A stretch of DNA of 64,000 nt from Chloroflexota bacterium (GTDB lineage Bacteria > Chloroflexota > UBA11872), in the NCBI GenBank assembly GCA_965247475.1, contig OZ252016.1:982087-1046086 (forward strand). Reading direction: 5' to 3'. The notes under the pieces were generated by a model. The model did not search any database, was not told the origin of the DNA, and worked only from the letters and a program-made list of their open reading frames with translations. The translations under genes were made by a program, and so were the position numbers. The first letter of the stretch is position 1; every line of letters begins with the position of its first letter. Shown here one piece after another: positions 1 to 9,558 of this stretch.

Positions 1-50
1 CCTGCGCCGCGGGGTATGTCGTCGCCCAGCCCGATAAGAACCTAGGCCTG

Positions 51-1958
51 GTGCGCGACTGCCAGACGCTGATGGATCTGCGGGGCGCGCTGTTCGGTAG
101 CGTGACTACGAACTGGAGTGCCGGGACCCCGATCGACGAGTGGGTTGGCCTGACCATCGAGGGCTCGCCGTCACGGGTAACGGGCCTGAAAGTCGGCGGT
201 GGTGCATACGGCAATCCCATCACCGCGGGAATCATCCCGCCCGAGCTCGGGAATCTGGCCAGGCTGCGGACGCTGGACCTGTCCGGCAATCAATTGTCGG
301 GGAATATCCCATCGGCGCTTGGTCAGCTTGCCGAACTGCAGACCCTGGACCTCACTCGCAATCAGCTCTCGGGACGGATCCCGCCGCAACTCGGTGACCT
401 CGGCACGCTGCAGAGCTTGAGCCTGGCCGATAGCCGACTCTACGGTGGAATCCCACCGGAACTGGGCCGGCTTGCCGGCCTCCAACTCTTGAATCTCGCC
501 GGAAACGACCTCACGGGCGGCATCCCGGCGGAGTTGGGCAACCTGTCCAGCCTGCAGCGGCTCTATCTGGGGGGTAATGAATTCGCTGCGAGCATTCCAG
601 GCGAACTGGGCCAGCTTGTCGAACTGCAGGTGCTGCACCTCGCCGAAAGTGGGTTAGGGGGCAGCATTCCGCCCGAAATCGGCGAGCTGGCTGAACTGGA
701 GATTCTGGATCTCTCCGAGAACGATCTGACGGGTGACATTCCAACTGAACTCGGCGGGCTGAGAAACCTGACCGAATTGCAACTCGCCGACAACCAGCTG
801 ACGGGCGCTATCCCTTGGGAACTGGGCTGGCTCACGAAGCTCGAGGAGTTGAACCTGTGGGAGAACCGGCTCACAGGACGGGTCCCCGTGGCCTTGGGCG
901 GCATCTACAGCTTCAAGGGGCTGCGGCTCTGGGGGAATCAGCTGGAGGAATGCCTGCCCTTCCATCTGACCAGCCGCGAGCGCTTGCACATCGACGTTAA
1001 GGAATGGCCCACGTGCGAGGCGGGTGTGTACGCCTTCAATGTCCGCGACGACGCGGCGCGCGGCGCCAGCGTGGGCACGGCATTCGTCCCCGGCCGGCGG
1101 GCGGGCACGGCCAACTATGTGATCACAGCTGGAAACGAGGACGGCGCGTTTGCCATCGACCCCGCCAGCGGCCGCATTACCGTGATGGGCGCGCTGGACG
1201 CCGCCACGGCCGCGGCCTACGCGCTTACGGTGGAGGCGGGCGACGGGACCGGCGATCCGGCGACCGTAGCCATCCAGGTCCTGCCGACGCCGTCACCGGC
1301 GACCTGCGCCAGCGGAATCGCCGTACCCAATCCGCAGGACAATCCCGGGCTGGTGAACGACTGCCGCATTCTGTTGCAGGTGCAAGAGGTTGTGGTGGGG
1401 CCGAGGTGGCTGAATTGGAGCGCCGAAGCCCCGATGGAGCAGTGGGAGGCGATCGAGATTGGCGGCATGCCGCGCCGTGTCCTCGCGCTGGAGATTCGAG
1501 GGCCCCACGGCGGCGGACGCATCCCTCCGGAGTTTGGCGGTCTGACGGCCTTGCAGCGGCTGGTGATCGCCGACAACCGTTCGTGGGGTCCTGTCCCGGC
1601 GGAACTCGGCCGCTTGAGCGAGTTGCGCGAGCTTGACCTGTCGTACAACCACTTGTCGGAGGCGATTCCGCCGGAGCTTGGGCAACTCGCGAACCTGACG
1701 AAGCTCAGCTTGGCAGTCAATCGGCTGACCGGCGCGATCCCGGCGGAACTCGGGCAATTGACCAGCGTGGAGGAGCTGTGGCTTCGAAACAACCGCTTGA
1801 TCGGCCCGATCCCGGCGGAACTCGGGCAATTGACGAGCCTGCGAGAGCTACAGCTCGACTCCAACTATTTGACGCAGTGCCTGCCGGCCGTTTTGGCCGT
1901 CCGCGCACGCGAGGGCGTCACGTTACCGGACTGGCCGACGTGTCAGGCGGACGTCTAG
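51..1958 (+). CDS. Secreted or surface protein with two modules of plant-type leucine-rich repeats (LxxLxLxxNxLSGxIP) separated by a cadherin-like domain. Each LRR block ends in a CLP...WPTC cysteine cap. The frame is open back to base 1, so the gene may be 5'-truncated by the window edge.
   Basis: 635-aa ORF. It contains about 10 plus about 6 tandem 24-residue LRRs with the LSGxIPxxLGxL consensus. The central segment VITAGNEDGAFAIDPASGRITVMGALD...YALTVEAGDGTGD is cadherin-like. Both halves show a repeated ...CLP...(D/E)WPTC(E/Q)A motif. Stop TAG at 1956-1958. Confidence 0.75.
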   Translation: MRDCQTLMDLRGALFGSVTTNWSAGTPIDEWVGLTIEGSPSRVTGLKVGGGAYGNPITAGIIPPELGNLARLRTLDLSGNQLSGNIPSALGQLAELQTLDLTRNQLSGRIPPQLGDLGTLQSLSLADSRLYGGIPPELGRLAGLQLLNLAGNDLTGGIPAELGNLSSLQRLYLGGNEFAASIPGELGQLVELQVLHLAESGLGGSIPPEIGELAELEILDLSENDLTGDIPTELGGLRNLTELQLADNQLTGAIPWELGWLTKLEELNLWENRLTGRVPVALGGIYSFKGLRLWGNQLEECLPFHLTSRERLHIDVKEWPTCEAGVYAFNVRDDAARGASVGTAFVPGRRAGTANYVITAGNEDGAFAIDPASGRITVMGALDAATAAAYALTVEAGDGTGDPATVAIQVLPTPSPATCASGIAVPNPQDNPGLVNDCRILLQVQEVVVGPRWLNWSAEAPMEQWEAIEIGGMPRRVLALEIRGPHGGGRIPPEFGGLTALQRLVIADNRSWGPVPAELGRLSELRELDLSYNHLSEAIPPELGQLANLTKLSLAVNRLTGAIPAELGQLTSVEELWLRNNRLIGPIPAELGQLTSLRELQLDSNYLTQCLPAVLAVRAREGVTLPDWPTCQADV

Positions 1959-2318
1959 CCTTCAGGGTCCGCAGCGGCTCGTCGCAATGGCCCGCCGCCA
2001 GGAGGCGCGTCACGTTGTCGATCAGGTCGTCGTCCGAGCGGAGCGTCGCGGACTCGCGAGCCATGCCCCGCGCTCCTTGCAATCTGGAACGAACACACAG
2101 GCTTGGCTCCGATTTCTTGACTTGCCAATACAACTAGGCGGCCTCGACTAGTACGCGTCGCATGTGGCCGGTGCCGGCCCGTAGGATCGGTCGCGCCGAC
2201 GCCGGGCGAACTCGCTTGGCTGTCTGGCGGAGAGTGCAAGCCTCTACAGCGCCACCGCGGCCGCGCGGCATGTTGGCAAGCTGGTCTTCAGCGGCAGGAA
2301 AAATCCTGCTCTCAAACC

Positions 2319-2394
<76 letters not shown>

Positions 2395-2574
2395 GCGGCG
2401 GCGGGACCAGTCTACCGGCGGCCGGATCGCGGTCTCAACGCGGGTGGCGGCGGAGTGCTGCCGTCGGGCGGTCAGGGATCGGCTGTCGACGGTCCGGCCG
2501 GCGGCCGATGCGTGCTGCTCGCGCCAGACGGCGCATCCTCAGGCGCGCGTTGCCGCCGTCTACCGGTTTGCCCT

Positions 2575-3816
2575 ATGCCGCACCCCGAGCCGAACTGGGA
2601 TCGCATCGTCACGACCTGCCGCTTCGAGGAGCCCGACCGGGTGCCGCTGATGGACATCGTGACGCCCGGGCTGCAGAAGAAGCTGACCGGGACCTCGGGC
2701 GGGACGGGCTACGGCCTGGGGGCGACGCGTGGGGGCAGCTTTGGCAGCCTCGACGAGACCCGGTCGCCGCTGGAAGAGATGATTCAGAACGAGATCGATT
2801 TCCGCATCGCGCACCACTACGACTTCATCTGGGCGGCGCCGGACGTGGACTTTCACGGTGGGCATGTGGACGACTCGCTGGTCACGGCGGATGTGTACTC
2901 GGGCGAGTCGCGGCAGTGGGCCAACCTGCACTCGGGGCTGATCACGTCGTGGGCGGACTTCGAGCAGCACCCGTGGCCCAAGCCGGAGGACGTCAACTAC
3001 GCGATGCTGGATGCGGCCGAAGGCCTGGTGCCGGACGGGATGAAGGTGATCGGCGCGCGCGGGCACATCTTCACCGAAGTCTGGGAACTGATGGGGATGG
3101 AGGCGTTCGCGTTTGGCCTGTACGACGCGCCCGAGCTGATCGAAGCGCTGTTCGACAAGGTGGCGGTGCTGGTCTTGAACATTCTGGAGACGCTGCTGGA
3201 CTACGACTCGGTGGGCGCGATCCGCTTCAACGACGATCTGGGGTTCAAGACGGGGCTGCTGATGCCGCCCTGGGTGTACCGGAAGTGGCTGTTCCCGCGC
3301 ATGCGCGAGGCGGTGGAGATGTGTCACCAGCGCGACAAGCTGTTCCTGTACCACTGCGACGGCAACGTGTCGGAGGTGTGGGACGACCTGATGGAGCTGG
3401 ACATCGACATCATGCACCCGATCGATCCGAGCTCGCTGGACATCCGCGAGGTGCGGCGGATCACGAATGGCCGGCTGGCGCTGTGCGGGAACATCAGCCA
3501 GGCGTTCCCGCTGGCGTTCGGCAGCCCGGCGGACGTGCGGCTGGAGGCGTTGCGGCTGCTGCGCGACATCGGGCCCGGGGGCGGGTATCTGCTGGGGTCG
3601 GGGCACTCGTGCCAGGACTACCTGACGGCCGAGAACTACCTGTCGATGGTCAACACGGCGATCGAATACGGGCGCTATCCGATCGACATCCCGGACGCGG
3701 TGATCGTGGAAGCCGAAGCCGAGGCGGAGCGGTCGACGAAGCACTTCGATCTGACCTACGACAACATGCCGCAACAGCCGCAGCTGGCGCGCTTCTACGA
3801 TCGGATGATCACCTAG
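2575..3816 (+). CDS. Uroporphyrinogen decarboxylase (URO-D) superfamily protein (methyltransferase/decarboxylase-like), carrying a Gly-rich insert
   Basis: The N-terminus ...DRVPLMDIV... and the C-terminus ...LFLYHCDGN...MHPIDP...LALCGNI... match URO-D family architecture. Start placed at ATG 2575, because the longer ORF from 2380 overlaps the tRNA. Confidence 0.6.
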   Translation: MPHPEPNWDRIVTTCRFEEPDRVPLMDIVTPGLQKKLTGTSGGTGYGLGATRGGSFGSLDETRSPLEEMIQNEIDFRIAHHYDFIWAAPDVDFHGGHVDDSLVTADVYSGESRQWANLHSGLITSWADFEQHPWPKPEDVNYAMLDAAEGLVPDGMKVIGARGHIFTEVWELMGMEAFAFGLYDAPELIEALFDKVAVLVLNILETLLDYDSVGAIRFNDDLGFKTGLLMPPWVYRKWLFPRMREAVEMCHQRDKLFLYHCDGNVSEVWDDLMELDIDIMHPIDPSSLDIREVRRITNGRLALCGNISQAFPLAFGSPADVRLEALRLLRDIGPGGGYLLGSGHSCQDYLTAENYLSMVNTAIEYGRYPIDIPDAVIVEAEAEAERSTKHFDLTYDNMPQQPQLARFYDRMIT

Positions 3817-3971
3817 GGCTCCGTCCCCTGAGCCTGGGGTGCCCGCGGCGAGTCGCTGCGGCGCCATGCCGGCGGACGCCGGCATCCAGGGAGTCTCGCC
3901 AAGCGCCCCCTCCATCGGCCCCGTACCTCGCGCCGCGCGCGGCCTGGGCTGCCCGGTCCCCTGGACCTCCT

Positions 3972-4078
3972 AAATTCACAAACGAAGTGCAACACCTCAC
4001 GACGGTGCTGCCATGGGGCTCCGATATGCCCAGCTCACCATTGACGAGCGGGGGGCGATTGCCCACCTAGAGGCCGCA
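3972..4078 (+). mobile_element. Solo left-end remnant of an IS30-family element. It comprises the terminal inverted repeat plus the first roughly 20 codons of the transposase.
   Basis: AATTCACAAACGAAGTGCAACACCTCA matches the IR-L of the complete IS30 copy at 54171. The following ATG encodes MGLRYAQLTIDERGAIAHL, which parallels MGRRYAHLTSDERCEIARL of the intact transposase. Similarity is lost after about 100 bp. Confidence 0.55.
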
Positions 4079-4246
4079 CCGCACCAGCCCTGTAGCCATT
4101 TTCACGGTCCGAATGGGCGCGGTGCGGCAAGCTTGCTGGTACCTGATAACCGCAGTCTTAGCGCGCGACAGCCGTAGTGTCACGCGGCTGGTGCGCCTGT
4201 TCGCTTACGGCGGATCGCCTCACCTCGTCAGGAGAAGGAGACATCG

Positions 4247-5083
4247 ATGCGGTGGCCCTTGTCAGCTCGAATCACTAGCGTCCTCGCCCTCTTCACGGTC
4301 GCGCTGGCCATCGGCGGCGCCGGTCTCGGGCTTGCGCTGGCCAACATGGGTGAAGCGGCTGAGACCGCAGCGGTCGAGACCAAAGCGGCCAAGGCCGGAT
4401 CGATCGAAAGAGACGTCGGCAAACACGCCGACGCGCGCGGAGATCGTTCCGACAAGGAGTCACGCGCACGTGGCGTTCATGAGGATCGAGAGCGGATTTC
4501 GATCGGCGCCATGATTCCGGGGCCCGGCCGGGCCATCATCCGCGCCGACGAGATTCTGGGCTCGGGACCGTTCGGGACTACTGAGATTCGAGGGACCATC
4601 ATCGAGGTCGCGGATGATTCCGTCTTGATCGAGACCGCCGATGGCGAGCGCCGGCGCGTTCACCGAATCGGCGAGCTCGCGGACGAGTTCGAGGCGAACC
4701 GCGAAGCCGGCGACGAGGTCACCGTCATCGCCAGGACGCGTCCCGACGGCCGCCTCACAACGGTCACGCCCGTCGAGTGGGCGCCGATTCGACGCGGCGA
4801 AGTCGGCTCGTCCGTCTCGATAGTCATAGCCATCGGCGAAGCGACCGAGGTGAACGCGGCTTCGATCCGGATCGCGACGATACGCGGGAACGACGTGGAG
4901 GTGCGGGCAACGCCTGAACAGCTCAACGGCCTGGCGCCCGGCGACGAGGTCATCGTGATCGCCAGTCGCGAGGACGACACGCTGACGGCGCGATCGGTCA
5001 TGCGATTCGGAGGAGCATTCGCACGCGATTTCGTCCCCAGGATGCGCGCGTCTGTGCCGACCCAGGCGCTGGCCGCCTTCTAG
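4247..5083 (+). CDS. Secreted hypothetical protein with repeated beta-rich segments (DUF5666-like)
   Basis: Strong RBS GGAGAAGGAG 6 nt upstream of the ATG. N-terminal signal peptide. Repeated GDEVTVIA/GDEVIVIA segments. Confidence 0.6.
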   Translation: MRWPLSARITSVLALFTVALAIGGAGLGLALANMGEAAETAAVETKAAKAGSIERDVGKHADARGDRSDKESRARGVHEDRERISIGAMIPGPGRAIIRADEILGSGPFGTTEIRGTIIEVADDSVLIETADGERRRVHRIGELADEFEANREAGDEVTVIARTRPDGRLTTVTPVEWAPIRRGEVGSSVSIVIAIGEATEVNAASIRIATIRGNDVEVRATPEQLNGLAPGDEVIVIASREDDTLTARSVMRFGGAFARDFVPRMRASVPTQALAAF

Positions 5084-5143
5084 CGACTCGCCGCCCACGG
5101 CGATATGCTCCCAGCCGGGACTGGGAATCGCCTGGAGTGAACG

Positions 5144-5776
5144 GTGCGAGCGGTACTGAGCGCGGCGGCGCTGCATCCGGTGTATGCGTCGCTCGGCCTG
5201 GGCCCGCTGTATGCGGCATTCATCGCGGCGCGCGGGCTGCTGGAACCCTCCGGGCCCTGGTTGTCGGAGACGGAGCGCTGGCTCGAGTGGCTGGTGCTGA
5301 TCGTGCTGGCGGATGCGCTCGGCTGGACACTCACCAACCTGTCGGTCGCCTATGAGGACTTCTGGCGCTTGCCCGGGTGGGCGCATGCGATCCGCCGGCT
5401 CGGGAGCGCCGATGCGCCTGCCGGCCGCGTGCGGGCGCTCGCCGACGAATCGCGCGCCGCGCTCGGCGAAACGCTGACGCTCCGGCGCCTGGCGTCGCAC
5501 GGCCTGGACCGTGCACGCCTCTCCCGGCCGTACCGTTCGTACGCCTATGCCCGTGGCGCGTGGCTTGCCGCGGCGCTGGCGGTGCTGATGGTGGCCATCG
5601 AACTGGTCCGAGAAGCGATTGCCGGCGCCGGAGGGCTCGGCGACACCGCCATCGCCTTGGGCGCGGCCGCGGCCACCGCCGTGGTCGCCGCAGTCGCCTC
5701 GGTGGCGCTCGGTCGCGCGCTGGCGGGCCGCGTGGCGCGAGATCTGCGCGAGCTCGCGGACGGCGCCGCTCGGTAG
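5144..5776 (+). CDS. Hypothetical membrane protein
   Basis: 210-aa ORF with several hydrophobic stretches. No recognisable motif. Confidence 0.4.
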   Translation: MRAVLSAAALHPVYASLGLGPLYAAFIAARGLLEPSGPWLSETERWLEWLVLIVLADALGWTLTNLSVAYEDFWRLPGWAHAIRRLGSADAPAGRVRALADESRAALGETLTLRRLASHGLDRARLSRPYRSYAYARGAWLAAALAVLMVAIELVREAIAGAGGLGDTAIALGAAAATAVVAAVASVALGRALAGRVARDLRELADGAAR

Positions 5777-5790
5777 GCGGCCTTCCGGCG

Positions 5791-6555
5791 TCAGGCGATC
5801 GTCGGCAGGTCCACGAAGCGGGCCTCGGACGACCGCTCCCGATTGATCAGGTCGGCGAGCGCTCGCACGCCGAACACCTCGGTGGCGTAGTGGCCGGCCG
5901 CGATGAAATGGATGCCGAGCTCGCGACTCAGCATCTCGGCGGGCTCGGACATGTCACCGGTGACCAAGGCGTCGCAGCCGAGCGCCGCCGCCTCTCGTAG
6001 GAACCCGGCTCCGCCGCCGCTGCACACGGCGACGCGCGCGACAACCGCGGGACCGTTCATGAACGCGGCGTTGGGCGGCCCGATCTCCGTCGCTATTCGG
6101 GCAAGCAGTTCGTCGGCGCCGAGGTCCTCGGATGCGCGGCCAATGCGGCCGATCGCGCGTCCTCGCGATAAGGCGAACGCGGTGGGATCCGCCTCCAGCC
6201 CCAGCCCTCGAACGATCAGCGCGTTGTTGCCGAGCTCGGGATGCGCATCCAGCGCCAGATGGTAGGCGGCCAGATTGATGTCGTGCTCGAACAGCGGCTT
6301 GAGCCGATCCCGCAGCAGGGGATCGATCACGCGCGAGTCCCCGTCCCACAGTAGGCCGTGATGCACCACGACCAGCTGCGCGCGGGCATCGGCGGCAAGC
6401 TCGAACAGCTCGCGGCTCGCGCTCACAGCCGTGATCGTCAGGTCGACCCGGTCGGCGCCATGGACCTGCAGCCCCATGGGGCCGTAGTCGTCGAAGTCCC
6501 GCGCTGCCAGCGTCCGGTCGAGAAACTTGATCAGATCGTCGCGCGACTCCGCCAT
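5791..6555 (-). CDS. Nif3-family dinuclear metal centre protein (GTP cyclohydrolase 1 type 2 homologue, YqfO/YbgI-like)
   Basis: Typical Nif3 N-terminus (LIKFLDRTLAARDFDDYGPMGLQV) and C-terminal VTGDMSEP...HYATE motif. Confidence 0.85.
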   Translation of the reverse strand: MAESRDDLIKFLDRTLAARDFDDYGPMGLQVHGADRVDLTITAVSASRELFELAADARAQLVVVHHGLLWDGDSRVIDPLLRDRLKPLFEHDINLAAYHLALDAHPELGNNALIVRGLGLEADPTAFALSRGRAIGRIGRASEDLGADELLARIATEIGPPNAAFMNGPAVVARVAVCSGGGAGFLREAAALGCDALVTGDMSEPAEMLSRELGIHFIAAGHYATEVFGVRALADLINRERSSEARFVDLPTIA

Positions 6556-6857
6556 TACGCGTCGATAGCCTGTGCTCCACTGGCGGCGCGCACGCGCTCG
6601 ATGATCTCCGCATCACCCGAGGCGGAGGTGGCGATCTCGGTGAATTCCTCGGGCGAGATACCGAGTTCGCCCAAGACCCGTTGATCGATGGGACACGGGT
6701 ATATGTACTCGCCGATCGTTCCGTCGGCCTCGGCGCGCGCCTTGTCGATCATGCGCGCCAGCCAGGGGATGCCGCCGATTACGAGCGATCGCGCCCGCGG
6801 CTTGAATGCTTCGGCCATGTCTGGCTCCAGGTGCGGTGGTCGAGCAAGTGTAGGCAA
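6555..6857 (-). CDS. DUF5069 domain protein
   Basis: 100-aa ORF with the IYPCPID motif characteristic of DUF5069. Its stop overlaps the start of the Nif3 gene. Confidence 0.65.
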   Translation of the reverse strand: MPTLARPPHLEPDMAEAFKPRARSLVIGGIPWLARMIDKARAEADGTIGEYIYPCPIDQRVLGELGISPEEFTEIATSASGDAEIIERVRAASGAQAIDA

Positions 6858-6896
6858 TCGCCGCGTCGCGCATGACCCGCGAGTTGCCCGCCGGTG

Positions 6897-7538
6897 CTAT
6901 TCGTCCGTCAGCTCGATCTCGGTTCGCAGGATGTGCGCGAACGTGATTCCCAGCGCCGACCCGAGGTCACGCGGCGTGACGATGGTGGGCTCGGCGAGGC
7001 TCAGCCGCGCCATGAGGCCGGCGCCGTTCGTCCACTGGAGGTCCAGGACGCCCGGGCGGATGTCGCGGATGGATGCAGGTCGGCCGTCGCGCGCCGGGCG
7101 CTCCACGTCGACGCGATCCGAAGCCAGCAGCCGATCGATCGAATCGGGAACGCCCGCGGCGCCCGAATCGACCTGGAGCCGATACGCGGCCCACACCGGC
7201 CGGAGCCTGCGGCGCGCGGCGCTCGACACGTCGCCCACCGGCATGCCGTCGGTGGCCGCTGCCCGGAGACGTGCCGCGACATCGTCGACAGGCAGAGACT
7301 CGCGCAGCGAGACGATCACGCATTCGCGCGCACCCTCCGCGCCTACCTGCAGCGGCGGTCCGAACGTCAGGCGAGGCTTCGGACGGTACCCGCGGCTATA
7401 GGCCAGCGGCAGGCGGGCGCGGCGCGTGAGCCGCTCCCAGGTGCGGCGAACATCGTGGTGCGATAGGTAGCGCGCCGCCCCGGATTTCCCGAATCGAACC
7501 AGATAGTGGTAGTCGGCCGCGAGGTCGGCGTGCGTCAT
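6897..7538 (-). CDS. Radical-SAM-associated protein, TIGR03936/DUF2344 family
   Basis: YLSHHDVRRTWERLTRRARLPLAYSRGYRPKPRLTFGPPL matches the DUF2344 signature. No radical SAM partner is adjacent. Confidence 0.7.
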   Translation of the reverse strand: MTHADLAADYHYLVRFGKSGAARYLSHHDVRRTWERLTRRARLPLAYSRGYRPKPRLTFGPPLQVGAEGARECVIVSLRESLPVDDVAARLRAAATDGMPVGDVSSAARRRLRPVWAAYRLQVDSGAAGVPDSIDRLLASDRVDVERPARDGRPASIRDIRPGVLDLQWTNGAGLMARLSLAEPTIVTPRDLGSALGITFAHILRTEIELTDE

Positions 7539-7624
7539 GTTCGAACATCGGGATCGGCGCGGCGCGCGGCGGCGTCCAATTCAACATGTAGCATGGGCCA
7601 GCATCTGGATACATTGCGAGCGAC

Positions 7625-8179
7625 GTGACCGGTCCGGTTCTTCTTCTCAATCAGAACTACGAGCCGCTGAACGTGTGCATCACGCGGCGCGCGGTCGTGC
7701 TGCTCGCCAAGGGCAAGGCCGAGATCCTCGAGCGGCACGCGCACTCCATTCAGACCTGCCGCCAGTATTTTCCGCGGCCGGCGGTCATCCGGATGCTGTA
7801 CCAAGTCCAGCGACCGCGGCCGGTGGCGAAGCTGTGTCGCCGCGAGATCTTCATCCGCGATGCCTACACCTGCCAGTACTGCAGCGCGCGGACGGACGAT
7901 CTCACCGTCGACCATGTGATTCCGCGGCGGCTTGGCGGCACGCGGTGCTGGGAGAATCTCGTCACCGCATGTCGCCACTGCAATCTCCGCAAGGGGAGCC
8001 GAACCCCTCGCGGCGCCGACATGCGTCTCGCGCGCATGCCGGAGCGGCCGCGTATGTCGATGCACCACCGCATCCTCCAGCTCGCCACCGGGCGGCTGCA
8101 TCCGACCTGGGAGCCCTATCTGTCGGGCGTTGAGCGCATCGTCTCGCGGCGTCGGGCGCCGGCGCTGCGCTCCGCATAG
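7625..8179 (+). CDS. HNH endonuclease
   Basis: CQYCSAR...LTVDHVIPRRLGGTRCWENLVTACRHCNLRKG is a canonical HNH motif. Confidence 0.8.
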   Translation: MTGPVLLLNQNYEPLNVCITRRAVVLLAKGKAEILERHAHSIQTCRQYFPRPAVIRMLYQVQRPRPVAKLCRREIFIRDAYTCQYCSARTDDLTVDHVIPRRLGGTRCWENLVTACRHCNLRKGSRTPRGADMRLARMPERPRMSMHHRILQLATGRLHPTWEPYLSGVERIVSRRRAPALRSA

Positions 8180-8204
8180 ACGCCGCGCGCCGATCTGACG
8201 ACCG

Positions 8205-8903
8205 CTACGGAACGCCCTCCAGCGCGCCCTTGGCGCGCATGTTGTCCCAGTGCCCGCGAAACGTCGCGTTCCACTCGGCGGTAGCGGGATGCAGCAGCAT
8301 CTCCTCGAGCGTGTGCGGGAAGATCACGACTCCGTCGCAGCCGCCTCGTATGGCCACGTCCGCCGCGATGGCGCCGCGAATGATCCCGCCGAGAACGTAC
8401 GGCGTGTTCTGGCGCTCGCGCAGGACCCGCACCATGTCGCGCACGATCGTCATCGCGTCCGCGCCTGAGTCGATCATCGGACCGACGAACGGCGCGATGT
8501 AATCGGCGCCGGCCTTCGTGGCGGCGACCGCCTGACTGGCCGAGAACAGGGTGGTGACCATTGATTCGCGGCCGTCCGCCTTCATGCGCGAAACGGCGCG
8601 CAGGCCCTTCATCGTGCACGGGATCTTCATCACCACTCGGTCCGACATCGCCTGAAACGGCGCGGAGGCCGCGATGATGTCGTCGGTCGTGTCGCCGTCC
8701 ACCTCCACCACCACCGGCCCGCGGTTCAGCAACCCCAGATAGCGCTCGATAAGCCCCAGCATCGGGCCGTATTTGTCCACCATATCGTCGAGGATGATGG
8801 TGTTCGTCACGATCCCGAAGACGTCGAAATCGAGATAGTCCTCGATCACCTCCGGATCGCCCTGCAGCCAGATATCGACCGGATTGACGTGCACGTTTGC
8901 CAT
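8205..8903 (-). CDS. Transaldolase / fructose-6-phosphate aldolase family protein
   Basis: Start set at internal ATG (MANVHVNPVDIWLQGDP...). Family motifs are present: FGIVTNTIIL, catalytic K in KIPCT, and FVGPMID. Confidence 0.8.
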   Translation of the reverse strand: MANVHVNPVDIWLQGDPEVIEDYLDFDVFGIVTNTIILDDMVDKYGPMLGLIERYLGLLNRGPVVVEVDGDTTDDIIAASAPFQAMSDRVVMKIPCTMKGLRAVSRMKADGRESMVTTLFSASQAVAATKAGADYIAPFVGPMIDSGADAMTIVRDMVRVLRERQNTPYVLGGIIRGAIAADVAIRGGCDGVVIFPHTLEEMLLHPATAEWNATFRGHWDNMRAKGALEGVP

Positions 8904-9003
8904 AGCGTCTCCCGCGCTGCCGGCCCACGCGGCCATCATATCGGGCGGCGCGGATGCTGGTTCTCGATCCCCCCGCACGGAGCGCATATGCGCGATCCGC
9001 CGG

Positions 9004-9537
9004 CTATGCAACCTCGAGGGCTTCGAGCGCGCGCTCGTATACGCCGAGATCGGCCTGGCTGAAGAGAACGAAACGAACCTCGTCGAATCCGTGCGCGGGC
9101 GCCGTGTCTCGAACCGTGCGCAGTGCGATCTTGGCGGCCGGCCCGATCGGGAATCCGTAGATGCCGGTGCTGATGGACGGGAACGCCACCGTCTGCGCGC
9201 CGTGTTCGGCAGCGACTTCCAGGCTGACGCGATACGCGGACGCCAGCAGCTCGGCCTCCCCTCGATCGCCTCCGCCCCAGCGTGGTCCCACGGCGTGAAT
9301 CACGTGCTGGGCCGGCAGGTCGCCCGCGCCGGTCCGGACCGCCTGTCCGGTCGGGCAGCCGTCGATTGATCGACACTCGGCCATGATCGACGATCCGCCG
9401 GCCCGGTGAATGGCGCCGTCGACTCCGCCGCCGCCGGCCAGCCGGCTGTTGGCCGCGTTCACGATCGCGTCCACCCGCTGTTCCGTGATGTCGCCCCGGA
9501 CCAGCGTGATTCGGGTCGCGCCCACGGTCATTTCCAT
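9004..9537 (-). CDS. Macro domain protein (O-acetyl-ADP-ribose deacetylase, YmdB/MacroD-like)
   Basis: ITLVRGDITEQRVDAIVNAANSRLAGGGGVDGAIHRAGG is a canonical macro-domain motif. Confidence 0.85.
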   Translation of the reverse strand: MEMTVGATRITLVRGDITEQRVDAIVNAANSRLAGGGGVDGAIHRAGGSSIMAECRSIDGCPTGQAVRTGAGDLPAQHVIHAVGPRWGGGDRGEAELLASAYRVSLEVAAEHGAQTVAFPSISTGIYGFPIGPAAKIALRTVRDTAPAHGFDEVRFVLFSQADLGVYERALEALEVA

Positions 9538-9558
9538 ATGACTCGCTCTCGCGGCCGT

